A stretch of 64,000 nucleotides of DNA from an uncultured Pelagibacteraceae bacterium (GCA_902519375.1 CABYJS010000003.1:12837-76836); one strand, 5' to 3'; positions 10,309-21,019 are shown, counted from the first letter of the stretch. The notes: generated by a model not told the origin, from the letters alone. Numbers and translations: made by a program.

Positions 10309-11655
10309 ATGAGCTCCGAAAATAGAACAAATATACCGAATTCTTTAAATGAGCATTGGATGCCGTTTACATCTAATAAAGATTTTAAAAAAAATCCAAG
10401 ATTAATTACAGAAGCAAAAGGTGTTTATTTAAAAACTCACCATGGTAAAACTCAAATTGATGCTAGCTCAGGATTATTTTGTAATCCGCTTGGTCATGGC
10501 AGAAAAGAAATAACAGAAGCAGTTACTAAACAATTAGACACTTTAGATTACGCTCAGCCTTTCCAGCAAGGTTTCGGTGGGTCATTTGAATTGGCAACAA
10601 GAATTGCAAAGCACACTCCAGGTGATTTAAATAAAATTTTTTATACAATTTGTGGTTCAACTGCTGTTGAGACTGCACTTAAGATTGCAATAGCTTACCA
10701 TAGATCAAAAGGTAAAGCAGAAAGATTTAGATTTGTGGGAAGAGAAAGAGGTTATCATGGAATGAACATTGGTTGTATCTCAGTTGGAGGAATGATTAAT
10801 AATGTAAAAACTTTTGCAAGTGTTCTTATGCCAGGGGTTCAACACATGAGACACACTCATTTACCTGAACATAAGTTTGTTAGTGGTCAACCTGAAACAG
10901 GTGGTGATCTCGCAGATGATTTGGAAAGAATAGCTATAAATTTCGGTCCAGAAAATATTGCAGCATGTATAGTTGAGCCAATTGCTGGATCTACAGGAAC
11001 GTTAGTTCCACCCAAAGGCTATTTGCAAAAATTACGAGACATATGTGACAAACATGGAATACTTTTAATTTTTGATGAAGTAATTACTGGGTGGGGAAGA
11101 ACTGGATCTACATTTGCAAGTATAGAGTATGGCGTTACACCTGATATTATGACAATGGCTAAAGCTACAACAAACGGTGTCGTTCCAATGGGTGTAGTTG
11201 CTTGTAAAGATGAAATATATGACTCTGTTATGGACGCATCTCCAATGGGATCAGTAGAATTATTTCATGGATATACTTATTCTGGAATTCCAGTCGCTGT
11301 TGCGGCAGCACTAGCTGTTCAAGATATTTTTGAGAAAGACGATATTTTTAATAGAGCAAAAAATTTAGCTCCGTACTTTCAAAAAGGCTTATTTTCACTT
11401 CAAGATTTAGAGTCTGTAGAAAATATAAGAGGTTATGGAATGATGGGTGGTATTGATATGAAATTAAATACAAAACCAGGTAAAGCAGGTTATGAAACTT
11501 TTAAATACTGCTATGAAGCAGGGGTAAATTTTAAAGCTACAGGTGATTGTTTAATAATTGCTCCACAATTTATTTGTGAAGAAAAACATATTGATGAAAT
11601 TATTGATAAATTGAGAACTGGTATCACTAACTATCAAAAAAATCAAAAGAACTAG
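10309..11655 (+). CDS. Class III PLP omega-amino acid:pyruvate aminotransferase (beta-alanine/taurine type)
   Basis: HWMPFT, EPIAGSTG, FDEVITGWGR, TMAK (PLP lysine), FHGYTYSG. Confidence 0.9.
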   Translation: MSSENRTNIPNSLNEHWMPFTSNKDFKKNPRLITEAKGVYLKTHHGKTQIDASSGLFCNPLGHGRKEITEAVTKQLDTLDYAQPFQQGFGGSFELATRIAKHTPGDLNKIFYTICGSTAVETALKIAIAYHRSKGKAERFRFVGRERGYHGMNIGCISVGGMINNVKTFASVLMPGVQHMRHTHLPEHKFVSGQPETGGDLADDLERIAINFGPENIAACIVEPIAGSTGTLVPPKGYLQKLRDICDKHGILLIFDEVITGWGRTGSTFASIEYGVTPDIMTMAKATTNGVVPMGVVACKDEIYDSVMDASPMGSVELFHGYTYSGIPVAVAAALAVQDIFEKDDIFNRAKNLAPYFQKGLFSLQDLESVENIRGYGMMGGIDMKLNTKPGKAGYETFKYCYEAGVNFKATGDCLIIAPQFICEEKHIDEIIDKLRTGITNYQKNQKN

Positions 11656-11691
11656 TTAGTCTATATTTAATATCTATAATTAATACAGAGA

Positions 11692-12810
11692 GTGATAATG
11701 CGGATAGGCGTACCTAAGGAAATAAAACCACAAGAGAACAGAATAGGTTTAACACCTGAGAGTGTTAAGACACTAGTTTCGGAAGGCCATGAAGTTTTAA
11801 TTGAAAATAACGGTGGATTTGAAGCCGGATTTGAAAATGATCAATATATTAAAGCTGGCGCAAAGATTGTTAATAAAGCATCAGACATTTTTAATGATGC
11901 CGAAATAATTGTTAAAGTAAAAGAACCTCAAAAAGTTGAGGTTGAAATGATTAGAGAAAATCAAATTATTTATACTTATCTTCACTTAGCTGCTGCAAAA
12001 GAATTAACAGAGGGATTAATCAAATCAAAAAGTATTAATATAGCCTATGAAACTGTAACAGACGATAATGGTAGACTCCCATTACTTGCGCCCATGAGCG
12101 CTGTTGCAGGCAGAATGTCAGTCCAGGCTGGAGCACATTGTTTAGAAAAAAATCAAAAAGGCAGAGGAGTTTTATTAGGAGGAGCACCAGGAGGCGAGCC
12201 TGCAAATGTATTAATTCTAGGAGGTGGAGTAGTAGGGGAGAATGCAGCAGTGATAGCAACCGGTATGCAGGCGAAAGTTCATATCGTTGATAGATCCGAA
12301 GCAAGATTAAAACAATTAGTTCAAATTTTTGGCGATAAAATTATTCCAGAACAAAGTGACAAGATAGATTTAAACAAATTAGTTGCAGAAGCAGATTTAA
12401 TTGTTGGTGGAGTTTTAATTCCTGGTGCAGAGGCACCAAAATTAGTAACCAAAGACATGCTTAAATTAATGAAAAGAGGATCAGTAATTGTTGATGTTGC
12501 AATAGATCAAGGAGGATGTGTCGAAACCAGTAAACCAACAACTCATGGAGATCCAACATACATAGTTGATGATGTCGTTCATTATTGTGTAGCAAATATG
12601 CCAGGTGGAGTTCCAAGAACTTCAACTTTTGCTTTAAATAAAGCAACACTTCCTTATTTGGTAAAATTAGCAAATAAAGGTTATCAGAAGGCTTTAAGTG
12701 AAGATAAAAACTTTTTAGCAGGACTAAATGTATATAAAGGACAAGTAACTTACAGAGCTGTTGCGGATGTTTTTGGTCATGAATTTGTTGACCCTACATC
12801 AGTATTTTAA
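11692..12810 (+). CDS. ald: Alanine dehydrogenase (start may be the ATG at 11698)
   Basis: [47 protein letters not shown]. Confidence 0.95.
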   Translation: MIMRIGVPKEIKPQENRIGLTPESVKTLVSEGHEVLIENNGGFEAGFENDQYIKAGAKIVNKASDIFNDAEIIVKVKEPQKVEVEMIRENQIIYTYLHLAAAKELTEGLIKSKSINIAYETVTDDNGRLPLLAPMSAVAGRMSVQAGAHCLEKNQKGRGVLLGGAPGGEPANVLILGGGVVGENAAVIATGMQAKVHIVDRSEARLKQLVQIFGDKIIPEQSDKIDLNKLVAEADLIVGGVLIPGAEAPKLVTKDMLKLMKRGSVIVDVAIDQGGCVETSKPTTHGDPTYIVDDVVHYCVANMPGGVPRTSTFALNKATLPYLVKLANKGYQKALSEDKNFLAGLNVYKGQVTYRAVADVFGHEFVDPTSVF

Positions 12811-13814
12811 TGGTAATAGTTTAGATACCATTTTATAAATTTTTTAATTCCAATTTTATAATTAGTTTTTGGGTTATAACCTGTAATTCTCTTTAACAAA
12901 GAGCTATCAGATAAAGTTGAATGAACATCTCCTTTTTGCATAGGCATGTAATTTTTTTTAATCTTTTTACCTAATTCTTTCTCTAAAGTATTGATGAAAT
13001 CAAGCAAATATACTTTTTTCGTATTTCCAATATTTAAAACTCTAAAAGGTGCTACAGAGGACAGACTATCATTTTTAAATTTTTTTTTAGAATTTAGAGA
13101 AGGAGCTTTATTTAGTAATTTATAAATCCCGTCTATAATATCATCAATATAAGTATAATCTCTATACATCTTACCTCTATTAAATATGTCAATTTTTTTA
13201 CTTTTTAAAATATTTTTTGTAAATTTAAAGTAAGCCATATCAGGTCTTCCGTAAGGACCATAAACTGTAAAAAATCTAAGCATCGTAATAGGAAGCTTCC
13301 ATAAACTTGAGTACGAGTGGGCTAGACTCTCAGTAGATTTTTTTGTTGCAGCATAAAAGCTAATTTGGTGATCTGTTTTATCTATTTCTTGAAAAGGAAT
13401 TTTTTTGTTAGCACCATAAACCGATGAGCTTGATCCAATAATTAAATGCTTAACTCTAATCTTATTAGCAATTTTTATTATATTAAAAGTTCCAAATATG
13501 TTTGAATTCAAATAAACATCTGGATTTACTATACTATACCTAACCCCAGCTTGTGCAGCTAAATGAATTATAATCGAAGGTTTGAATTTTAATACTGACT
13601 GATTGAGTAATTTTTGGTTTTCGAGCAAACCTTTTGTAAAAGAAAAATTTTTAAATTTTTTTAAAATATTTAGCCTATTTTTTTTTAAGCGAGAATCATA
13701 ATAATTATTCATAGAGTCAAATCCATGAACCTTAATTCCTTTATTTAAAAACTTTTTTGCAGCATGAAATCCAATAAATCCAGCAGCACCAGTAATATAT
13801 ATTTTAGATTTCAT
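12807..13814 (-). CDS. NAD-dependent nucleotide-sugar epimerase (UDP-glucuronate 4-epimerase type)
   Basis: TGAAGFIG, HLAAQAGVRYS, YAATKK, RFFTVYGPYGRPDMA. Confidence 0.9.
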   Translation of the reverse strand: MKSKIYITGAAGFIGFHAAKKFLNKGIKVHGFDSMNNYYDSRLKKNRLNILKKFKNFSFTKGLLENQKLLNQSVLKFKPSIIIHLAAQAGVRYSIVNPDVYLNSNIFGTFNIIKIANKIRVKHLIIGSSSSVYGANKKIPFQEIDKTDHQISFYAATKKSTESLAHSYSSLWKLPITMLRFFTVYGPYGRPDMAYFKFTKNILKSKKIDIFNRGKMYRDYTYIDDIIDGIYKLLNKAPSLNSKKKFKNDSLSSVAPFRVLNIGNTKKVYLLDFINTLEKELGKKIKKNYMPMQKGDVHSTLSDSSLLKRITGYNPKTNYKIGIKKFIKWYLNYYH

Positions 13815-13843
13815 TTTATATTCATATTTAATATAACATCATT

Positions 13844-16288
13844 GTGAATAAAGAAATTCCAAAAAGTACAAAAGTTGTTGTAATTGGTGGTGGAGTAGTA
13901 GGGTGCTCTGTTGCTTATCATTTAGCTAAATTTGGCTTGAAAGATACAATTCTTTTAGAAAGAGATCAGTTAACATCAGGAACTACATGGCATGCAGCAG
14001 GATTAGTTAGTCAATTAGGTCCAACAGCTGCAATAACTAAGATAAGAAAATATACACTGGATTTATATAAAAAACTTGAAAGGGAAGTTGATCATTCTGC
14101 GGGCTTAAGATTAAACGGAGCTCTTTCAATTGCTCAAAATAAAGGAAGGTGGCAAGAACTTCAAAGACAAGCAACTACTGCACAACTTTATGATGTTGAT
14201 GTAAAAATTTTAGATAAAAATCAAATTAAAAAAGATTATCCAATAATTAATACCGATGAAGTCATTGGTGGAATTTTAATGCCTGGAGATGGTGCCGCTG
14301 ATCCATCAGGTGTTACTCACATGTTAGCTAAAGCTGCAAGAAAAGAGGGAGCACAAATTTTTGAAAAATCTCCTGTAGATGAAATTTTAACTAAGAATGG
14401 AAAAATCTCAGGAGTAAAAGTTAACGGCCAAGAAATTGAATGTGAATATATTGTTTTAGCCTCTGGAATGTGGTCAAGACAAATTGGAGAAAAGGCAGGC
14501 GTTAGTATTCCACTTTATCCTGCTGAACACTTTTATATTATTACTGAACCAATAGAAAATTTGTCTAAAACTTTACCCGTAATTAGAGATTTTGATAACC
14601 GTACTTATATCAAAGAGGACGCTGGAAAAATATTAGTTGGTATTTTTGAAGGAAATTCAATTCCTGCTTGGAACAAGACTAACAAAGTACCTGAAGATTT
14701 TTCTTTTGGTGAATTTCAAGAAAATTTTGAACATTTTGAACCTTATTTAGCATCAGCTATAAAAAGATTTCCTGTTTTAGAAACCGCAGGTATAAGAAAA
14801 TTCTTTTCAGGACCAGAGTCTTTTACTCCAGATACAAATACCTTATTAGGAGAAGTACCAGAAATAAAAAACTTTTTTGTATGCTGTGGATTAAATAGCA
14901 TTGGCATAGGGAGTGGAGGAGGTGTTGGTAAAGTTACAGCTGAATGGTTGACGACTGGTCATATCAACGAAGATATTTTTAGCTACGATATAAAAAGATT
15001 TCAAAAATTTCATTCAGAATTGGGTTTTATTAAAAAAAGAATTACAGAGACCTTAGGAGATTTGTATGGAATGCATTGGCCTTTTAAACAGCATAAAACC
15101 TCTAGAAATATTAAAACTTTACCTCACCATGATAATCTAAAAAGTTTTGGTGCATGTTTTGGTGTTTCAGGTGGCTATGAAAGACCTATGTGGTTTGCTT
15201 TGGATGGGGAAAAAGCTGAATACGAATATAGTTATAATTATCAGAGTTGGTATCCATCTGCTGAATATGAGACAAATAATACAATTAAAAATGTTGGTTT
15301 GTTTGACTTAACTCCTTTTTCTAAGTTTGAAATAAAATCAGATAAAGCACATCAAGAATTACAGAAAATTTGTACTGCAAACATTAAAAATGAAACTGGT
15401 AAATGTGTTTATACACATATGTTAAATTCTGATGGTGGAATAGAGACAGACCTAACAGTTATATGTGTTGATAAAAATCATTTTAGAATAATAAGTTCTG
15501 CAGCAACAAGAGAGAGAGATAAATTTCATATTAAGAAACATCTTTCTAAAGACATTGAATTAAAAGATATTACAGATGATTTGTGTGTATTTGGTTTGTT
15601 TGGTCCAAAAAGTAGAAATTTACTTAAAACTTTAAGTGAAGATAATTTTGAAAATGATCAGTTTAGATTCGGATTTGCAAAGTTTATTACAATTGATGGG
15701 ATTAAAATCTGGGCACAAAGATTATCTTATGTGGGTGAATTAGGCTTCGAGCTATATGTAGATCTTAAAGACGCAAAAAGAATATATGAATTAATTATAG
15801 AAAAAGGTAAAGATTTTAATCTTTCTAATTGTGGAATGCATGCAATGGATATTATGCGAATGGAAAGTGGATTTTTACATTGGGGACATGATATTTCCCC
15901 TGAAGAAAACCAGTATCAAGCAGGCTTAGCTTTTACTATTAGCAATAAAAAAGATGTAGATTTTATAGGTAAACAAGCTCTTGAAAAAATTAAACAAGAT
16001 AAAGTTAAAACTAGATTTTCAATGTTTACTTTAAAAGAAAGTGAACCAGGAAAACCATTATTACTCCATGATGAACCAATTTATGAAGGTGAAAAAATTA
16101 TAGGAAGATCTACATCAGGTAATTATTCATTTAATTTTAAAAAGAATTTAGTCTTTGGATATATCAACAATGATTTTTCTAATGAAGAACTTCAAAATAA
16201 AAACCTATTTATTGAGGTAGAAAAAAAGAAATATCCTATCTCTATTCAATCTGAGCCGCTAAAACGAACAGATTTTAAAAATCTTTAA
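13844..16288 (+). CDS. GcvT-family FAD-dependent oxidoreductase (sarcosine/dimethylglycine dehydrogenase-like)
   Basis: GGGVVG, SGTTWHAAG, GPESFTPD, and a C-terminal THF-binding GcvT domain (SYVGELGFEL). Confidence 0.9.
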   Translation: MNKEIPKSTKVVVIGGGVVGCSVAYHLAKFGLKDTILLERDQLTSGTTWHAAGLVSQLGPTAAITKIRKYTLDLYKKLEREVDHSAGLRLNGALSIAQNKGRWQELQRQATTAQLYDVDVKILDKNQIKKDYPIINTDEVIGGILMPGDGAADPSGVTHMLAKAARKEGAQIFEKSPVDEILTKNGKISGVKVNGQEIECEYIVLASGMWSRQIGEKAGVSIPLYPAEHFYIITEPIENLSKTLPVIRDFDNRTYIKEDAGKILVGIFEGNSIPAWNKTNKVPEDFSFGEFQENFEHFEPYLASAIKRFPVLETAGIRKFFSGPESFTPDTNTLLGEVPEIKNFFVCCGLNSIGIGSGGGVGKVTAEWLTTGHINEDIFSYDIKRFQKFHSELGFIKKRITETLGDLYGMHWPFKQHKTSRNIKTLPHHDNLKSFGACFGVSGGYERPMWFALDGEKAEYEYSYNYQSWYPSAEYETNNTIKNVGLFDLTPFSKFEIKSDKAHQELQKICTANIKNETGKCVYTHMLNSDGGIETDLTVICVDKNHFRIISSAATRERDKFHIKKHLSKDIELKDITDDLCVFGLFGPKSRNLLKTLSEDNFENDQFRFGFAKFITIDGIKIWAQRLSYVGELGFELYVDLKDAKRIYELIIEKGKDFNLSNCGMHAMDIMRMESGFLHWGHDISPEENQYQAGLAFTISNKKDVDFIGKQALEKIKQDKVKTRFSMFTLKESEPGKPLLLHDEPIYEGEKIIGRSTSGNYSFNFKKNLVFGYINNDFSNEELQNKNLFIEVEKKKYPISIQSEPLKRTDFKNL

Positions 16289-17140
16289 TCAAGTTTGTCT
16301 TCTTAAAATAAAAACAAAAATTACTGAAGTTACCATCATGATTAATGCATAAGCGGCAGTTGGAACCATATATATCATATCATTACCAAATAATTGTATT
16401 CCCACAAAAACTGCCAAAGTTCCATTTTGGAGACCAGCCTCTAAAGATATACATCTTCTTTGAGCAACCCCAGTTGCAAAAAATTTAGCAATATAAAAAG
16501 CTACAATCATCATTGTAACATTTAAAGTAAAAGCAATCATTCCAGCTTTTTCTAAAAACATAACTATGCTATCCCATTCCTCGATATAAATAGCAATAAA
16601 AACAATGCTGAATAAACCAATGGATATTTTATTGATAATTTTCATATTATTTACAATAAAATTATCTGCAAGTTTTCTAATAATCATTCCAATCAATACT
16701 GGAACAGTTACAACCAAAAACATTTTTAAAGATATACTGAGCATAGAAACCTCTTTTTTGACATATGTAATGTCAAATAATTCTATTGATAAAAAAACTA
16801 TATAAGGAACAGACACTATACTAATTAAACTAGTAATTGCTGTTAAAGATATGGAAAGTGCAACATCTCCATTTGCAAATTTTGTAAGTACATTTGAAGT
16901 TACACCACCGGGTGCTGCAGCTATTAACATTACACCTAATGCTAACTCAATTGGAGTTTGTAAAATAATTATTAAAAAATATGCAATAATAGGAAGCAAT
17001 ACCAACTGACAAATTAATCCAATAAAAAATTCTTTAGGATTTTGAACTACTCTAGTAAAATCTTGAACTGTTAAAGACGCACCTAGTCCCAGCATTATTA
17101 ATGCTAAAGCTATTGGCGCTATTGTTGTTACTATTCCCAT
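16289..17140 (-). CDS. Bile acid:sodium symporter (BASS) family transporter
   Basis: PGGVTSN, GDVALS, EAGLQNGTLA. Confidence 0.9.
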   Translation of the reverse strand: MGIVTTIAPIALALIMLGLGASLTVQDFTRVVQNPKEFFIGLICQLVLLPIIAYFLIIILQTPIELALGVMLIAAAPGGVTSNVLTKFANGDVALSISLTAITSLISIVSVPYIVFLSIELFDITYVKKEVSMLSISLKMFLVVTVPVLIGMIIRKLADNFIVNNMKIINKISIGLFSIVFIAIYIEEWDSIVMFLEKAGMIAFTLNVTMMIVAFYIAKFFATGVAQRRCISLEAGLQNGTLAVFVGIQLFGNDMIYMVPTAAYALIMMVTSVIFVFILRRQT

Positions 17141-17205
17141 TTCCCTCTAAATGAAATTGATAATTTGTGATCAATATATTTAAATTTTTTAAAAAAAAAA
17201 GAATT

Positions 17206-18225
17206 TTATGAAATAGTCAATAGATTAAGAACTTTTCTAATGAATTTAGCTTTATTTTTAAAAATTGACTTTTGATACGGAAGAATTTTTTCAGTAGTGA
17301 TATCTGTTAAAATATATTGTTTTTTTTCATTTAATTTTAAGTAATCATTTTTTAATAAAAACTTACATTTTCTAATAACTGTTGCTCGAGGTATTCCAGT
17401 CATATCAGAAACAGACATTGCACTAACACCGTTACTTCTAGCTTGTTCACCAAATATTATTGACTCATTATATTTATTATAATCACCCTTAGACATTTCT
17501 TTATAATAATTTATGTAATCAAGGCTTTGATTGGAACCGTTTCTTTTATTTAAAGCTGTTTTATAATTAAAAGCTTGGTTCATACAAACTGTTCCCCAAA
17601 CATGAAATGTTGTTAAGTCTTCAAACATCTCATGGTATCCAATAATCATTGGAATTTGCATTCTATAAAACCATCTCCAGGTTATAGAGAAATTTTTCTT
17701 TAACACATTTTCAATTATTTTTGCTTCAAGTTTTTTAGAGAAAAGTTTTTCTTTGTTAAGTATTTCTGAAATTTTTAAAATATAGCCAGCTGTATATTTC
17801 ATTTGATTTTCAGGCTTGATAAAAGTAAATGATCTACGATCAATTATAATTTGTTTTTTCTGTCTTTTAAGAACGCCTAATTTTTCAAGTTCTAAAACTT
17901 TCCTTCTTACAGTTTCTTTTGGTAATTGAAGTTTTTCACATAACTCTGTGATACTAAATTTATCTATTTGGAGGAAATTTTTCGAATAAAATTGCTCATA
18001 CGATAATTTAATATTCATCTGATCATAAAATTGTAAAGTTTTTTCAACCAGTGAAATGATAATCATATATTTATAGTGATCCTTGAAAGCTTGATAAACT
18101 GCATTGATCCATTTCCATTGATGATTGATCCAATCATTTCCCAATTGATCATAGTTGGCCATCATATTATCGTAAACCTGTTCATCGTTCAGGACCTTGG
18201 AGAAATCTATTTGTTGAATAGCCAT
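17206..18225 (-). CDS. Hypothetical protein with two winged-HTH-like repeats, probable DNA-binding regulator (likely start MAIQQ at 18225; track start 18270)
   Basis: SITELCEKLQLPKETVRRKVLEL and SAMSVSDMTGIPRATVIRKCKFL. Confidence 0.65.
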   Translation of the reverse strand: MAIQQIDFSKVLNDEQVYDNMMANYDQLGNDWINHQWKWINAVYQAFKDHYKYMIIISLVEKTLQFYDQMNIKLSYEQFYSKNFLQIDKFSITELCEKLQLPKETVRRKVLELEKLGVLKRQKKQIIIDRRSFTFIKPENQMKYTAGYILKISEILNKEKLFSKKLEAKIIENVLKKNFSITWRWFYRMQIPMIIGYHEMFEDLTTFHVWGTVCMNQAFNYKTALNKRNGSNQSLDYINYYKEMSKGDYNKYNESIIFGEQARSNGVSAMSVSDMTGIPRATVIRKCKFLLKNDYLKLNEKKQYILTDITTEKILPYQKSIFKNKAKFIRKVLNLLTIS

Positions 18226-18338
18226 AACTTTTAAAAAAAGGATTTGAAACCCAATATGGACATATGTCAATGAAATAAAGACCCAGTTTGAACTTTTACT
18301 AAATTGTTTCGATAACTATTTCATGTTTAAAATTAACC

Positions 18339-18566
18339 ATGAGCAATAAAGGCTTTGCAGATACTGAAACTAACATCGAGACCCCAAACGATATTGGTGA
18401 AGCTGAAAAGCCTTTAAAAAATGGCACCAAGTCAGGCAGAGTTGATATAAATGTTTTAAAATCAAAGCTTCAAAAAATTGAGAGTGCGGAATTTAAGAGG
18501 AATGTAACTGTACTTGGAGTTTTAGTCTTATTGTTAGCGAGTCTTGGAATTTATCTTTCATTATGA
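18339..18566 (+). CDS. Small tail-anchored membrane protein
   Basis: 75 aa, DINVL motif, C-terminal hydrophobic helix. Confidence 0.65.
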   Translation: MSNKGFADTETNIETPNDIGEAEKPLKNGTKSGRVDINVLKSKLQKIESAEFKRNVTVLGVLVLLLASLGIYLSL

Positions 18567-18606
18567 TTTTGTTGTTAAATAATTATTTTAATGGTTTAAT
18601 TAAATT

Positions 18607-18813
18607 ATGAAAAGTTTAGCAACAGACTTAAAAAAAAAATTTACAGAAAAATACTCTGAAAAACCTACTAATAACAACTCAACTAAAAGTACTGATATAA
18701 ATATTTTGTTAAACAGAGTAAAAATAAATCAAAAAAGGGAGTCAAGAAAGAAACTATATTTTTCAGCAGCTGCTTCAGCGGGTCTTTTTTTATTTGGCCT
18801 TGTGATTTTTTAA
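18607..18813 (+). CDS. Small tail-anchored membrane protein, paralog-like to the upstream ORF
   Basis: 68 aa, DINIL motif, C-terminal hydrophobic helix. Confidence 0.65.
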   Translation: MKSLATDLKKKFTEKYSEKPTNNNSTKSTDINILLNRVKINQKRESRKKLYFSAAASAGLFLFGLVIF

Positions 18814-18911
18814 AAATCTATAATTTTCCCAATTTATTCAATATTTTAGATCAACTTAATTTAAGACAGAAAAAATGTAATACTATATGTTAGTAGCTAA
18901 TATAGTTAATA

Positions 18912-19883
18912 ATGATTAATTGGGGTATTATTGGTTTTGGTAATATGGGAAGACAATACGAAAATTGTTTTCGTAAAGAATCATCTATATTTAATTTAGT
19001 TGGTATAGCCAGTAAATCGAAAAAAAAAATAAAAAATACAAATAGAGAAGTTAAATTTTTTGATACTTATGAGGATTTGATAAAATCTAGTTTAATAGAT
19101 GCTATATATGTCTCAACGTTAAATAATAGTCACAAAAATTTAGTTTATTTAGCTAACTTGCATGATAAAAAAATTTTGTGTGAAAAACCTCTGGGTATGA
19201 ATTTAAGTGAGGTTGAAGAATTATTCAATTTGCTTAAAAATAAAAAAGATAACTTTATTGAAGCAATTGCTTATAGATCACATCCACAAACTGAAGCTCT
19301 TTTGCAATTATTAGGTGATAAAGAGATTGGAGAAATAAAAAAGATAGAGTCAAGTTTTGGATTTAAAGTAAAAAAAATTAGAAAAAACTCTAGATTATTT
19401 AATAAAAAATTGGGCGGAGGTGCTATTTTAGATTTAGGATGTTATCCTTTAAGTTTTTTTAATCTTCTAAAAGGAAATAAAAAGATGGAAATAGTGAAGT
19501 CTAATTTTAATTTATGTGAAACAAATGTTGATATTGATGGAGAAATAATTTTAGATATTGATAATAATATTGAAGCTGTTGGAAAAGTAAGTCTTAGAGA
19601 GAATCTAGATAACACATGTAAAATTTATTGTGATAATGTTCAAATTACTTTACGAGAGCCTTGGCTACCAACTAATAAAAGTTTCATAGAGGTAGAAACT
19701 AAAAGTCGATATTACAAAAAGATAATTAGTTCAAACAAAAGTGTTTATGAAAACCAATTAGAGGCAAGTTCAATTTTTTTTTCAAAAAACGATAAAAGAT
19801 CAAACCTGTTGGTAAATATTGATGAGTCACTTGAACTTTCAAAAATGATAGAAATATGGAAAAATGGTAATAACAAAAATTGA
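18912..19883 (+). CDS. Gfo/Idh/MocA family oxidoreductase
   Basis: WGIIGFGNMG, LCEKP, GGGAILDLGCYP. Confidence 0.9.
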   Translation: MINWGIIGFGNMGRQYENCFRKESSIFNLVGIASKSKKKIKNTNREVKFFDTYEDLIKSSLIDAIYVSTLNNSHKNLVYLANLHDKKILCEKPLGMNLSEVEELFNLLKNKKDNFIEAIAYRSHPQTEALLQLLGDKEIGEIKKIESSFGFKVKKIRKNSRLFNKKLGGGAILDLGCYPLSFFNLLKGNKKMEIVKSNFNLCETNVDIDGEIILDIDNNIEAVGKVSLRENLDNTCKIYCDNVQITLREPWLPTNKSFIEVETKSRYYKKIISSNKSVYENQLEASSIFFSKNDKRSNLLVNIDESLELSKMIEIWKNGNNKN

Positions 19884-19921
19884 AATTTTAAAAAAAAGGA
19901 TTATAACTCATAATATCTTAT

Positions 19922-19998
19922 GGCGGGGTAGCTCAGTTGGTTAGAGCGCGGGACTCATAAGCCCGAGGTCAGTGGTTCGATCCCACTTCCCGCTACCA
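19922..19998 (+). tRNA. tRNA-Met (CAT), elongator type
   Basis: 77-nt cloverleaf GGCGGGG...CTCATAA...GGTTCGATCC...TCCCGCTACCA with encoded CCA; G1 rather than the initiator C1:A72. Confidence 0.9.
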
Positions 19999-20002
19999 TA
20001 AT

Positions 20003-21019
20003 TTATTTTTTTAACCCTAATCTCTTAAAAATATCTTTTTTATTTAATGAAGAATAATAATTTTGATTATTAAGATACCAATCAAATGTCTTTTTTAATC
20101 CATCTGTAAAATTAGTTTTTGGTTTCCATTTAAGTTGTTTAATAACCTTATTGCTATTCAAAGCATACCTTACATCATGACCTGGCCTATCTTTTACAAA
20201 TTCTATTTTAACACTTTGACCAAGCTTTAATTTTGTTTTCCCTATTTTTATTAAATTTTTACATATTTCTAAATTTATTAAATTTTTATTAGAGCCAATA
20301 TTATAAAATTCACCTATTTTACCTTTTAGAAACACTTTGAGTAACGCCTCACAGTGATCTTCAACATAAATCCACTCTCTAGAGTTTTTACCTTTGCCGT
20401 AAATAGGCAATTTCTTATTTGAAATTATATTGTGAATTAATTTTGGAATTAATTTTTCTGGGTGCTGTTTAGGACCATAATTATTTGAACAATTAGTTAC
20501 CATTGCTGGTAAATTATAGGTTCTAATGTATGAAGCTACTAAATGATCAGAAGATGCTTTAGAAGCAGCATAAGGTGAACTTGGATTATAAGGATATTTT
20601 TCATTTGTCCTTCCTTTTAGAATATCCCCGTAAACTTCATCAGTTGATATGTGAATTAATTTTGACCTATATTTTTTTGAATAATCTTTAAAATATTCAA
20701 GTAAATTATAAACTCCCACAATATTACTTTGAACAAAACTTTTTGGGTCATCGATCGACCTATCAACATGTGTTTCTGCTGCTAAATTAAATATTCCTAC
20801 TGGTTTATATTTATAAATAATTTTTTTAAATTTTTTATTATTTATGTCACATTTAATAAATTTATAATTTTTGGATTTTTTAAATTCTTTAGTGTTATAA
20901 AAATTGGAGGAATAGGTTATTTTATCAATATTTATAACAAAATATTTTTTTTTAATTAATAATCCAATTAAGTTACTTCCAATAAAGCCTAACCCACCAG
21001 TAACTATAACTTTTTTCAT
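20003..21019 (-). CDS. rfbB: dTDP-glucose 4,6-dehydratase
   Basis: AAETHVDRSI, HISTDEVYG, PSSPYAASKA, NCSNNYGP, DRPGHDVRYA. Confidence 0.95.
   Translation of the reverse strand: MKKVIVTGGLGFIGSNLIGLLIKKKYFVINIDKITYSSNFYNTKEFKKSKNYKFIKCDINNKKFKKIIYKYKPVGIFNLAAETHVDRSIDDPKSFVQSNIVGVYNLLEYFKDYSKKYRSKLIHISTDEVYGDILKGRTNEKYPYNPSSPYAASKASSDHLVASYIRTYNLPAMVTNCSNNYGPKQHPEKLIPKLIHNIISNKKLPIYGKGKNSREWIYVEDHCEALLKVFLKGKIGEFYNIGSNKNLINLEICKNLIKIGKTKLKLGQSVKIEFVKDRPGHDVRYALNSNKVIKQLKWKPKTNFTDGLKKTFDWYLNNQNYYSSLNKKDIFKRLGLKK

Noticed and set aside
19922-19998. tRNA-Met as an island/prophage integration site, and its A-G mismatch at the base of the anticodon loop
   Set aside because: No integrase and no duplicated tRNA 3' end was seen. 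I recall the same mismatch in other bacterial elongator Met tRNAs, so it is not evidence of a pseudo-tRNA.
20003-21019. rfbB as part of an O-antigen hypervariable island
   Set aside because: It is isolated between tRNA-Met and apt with no rfbA/C/D or flippase; glycan genes in this window are scattered among core-like genes
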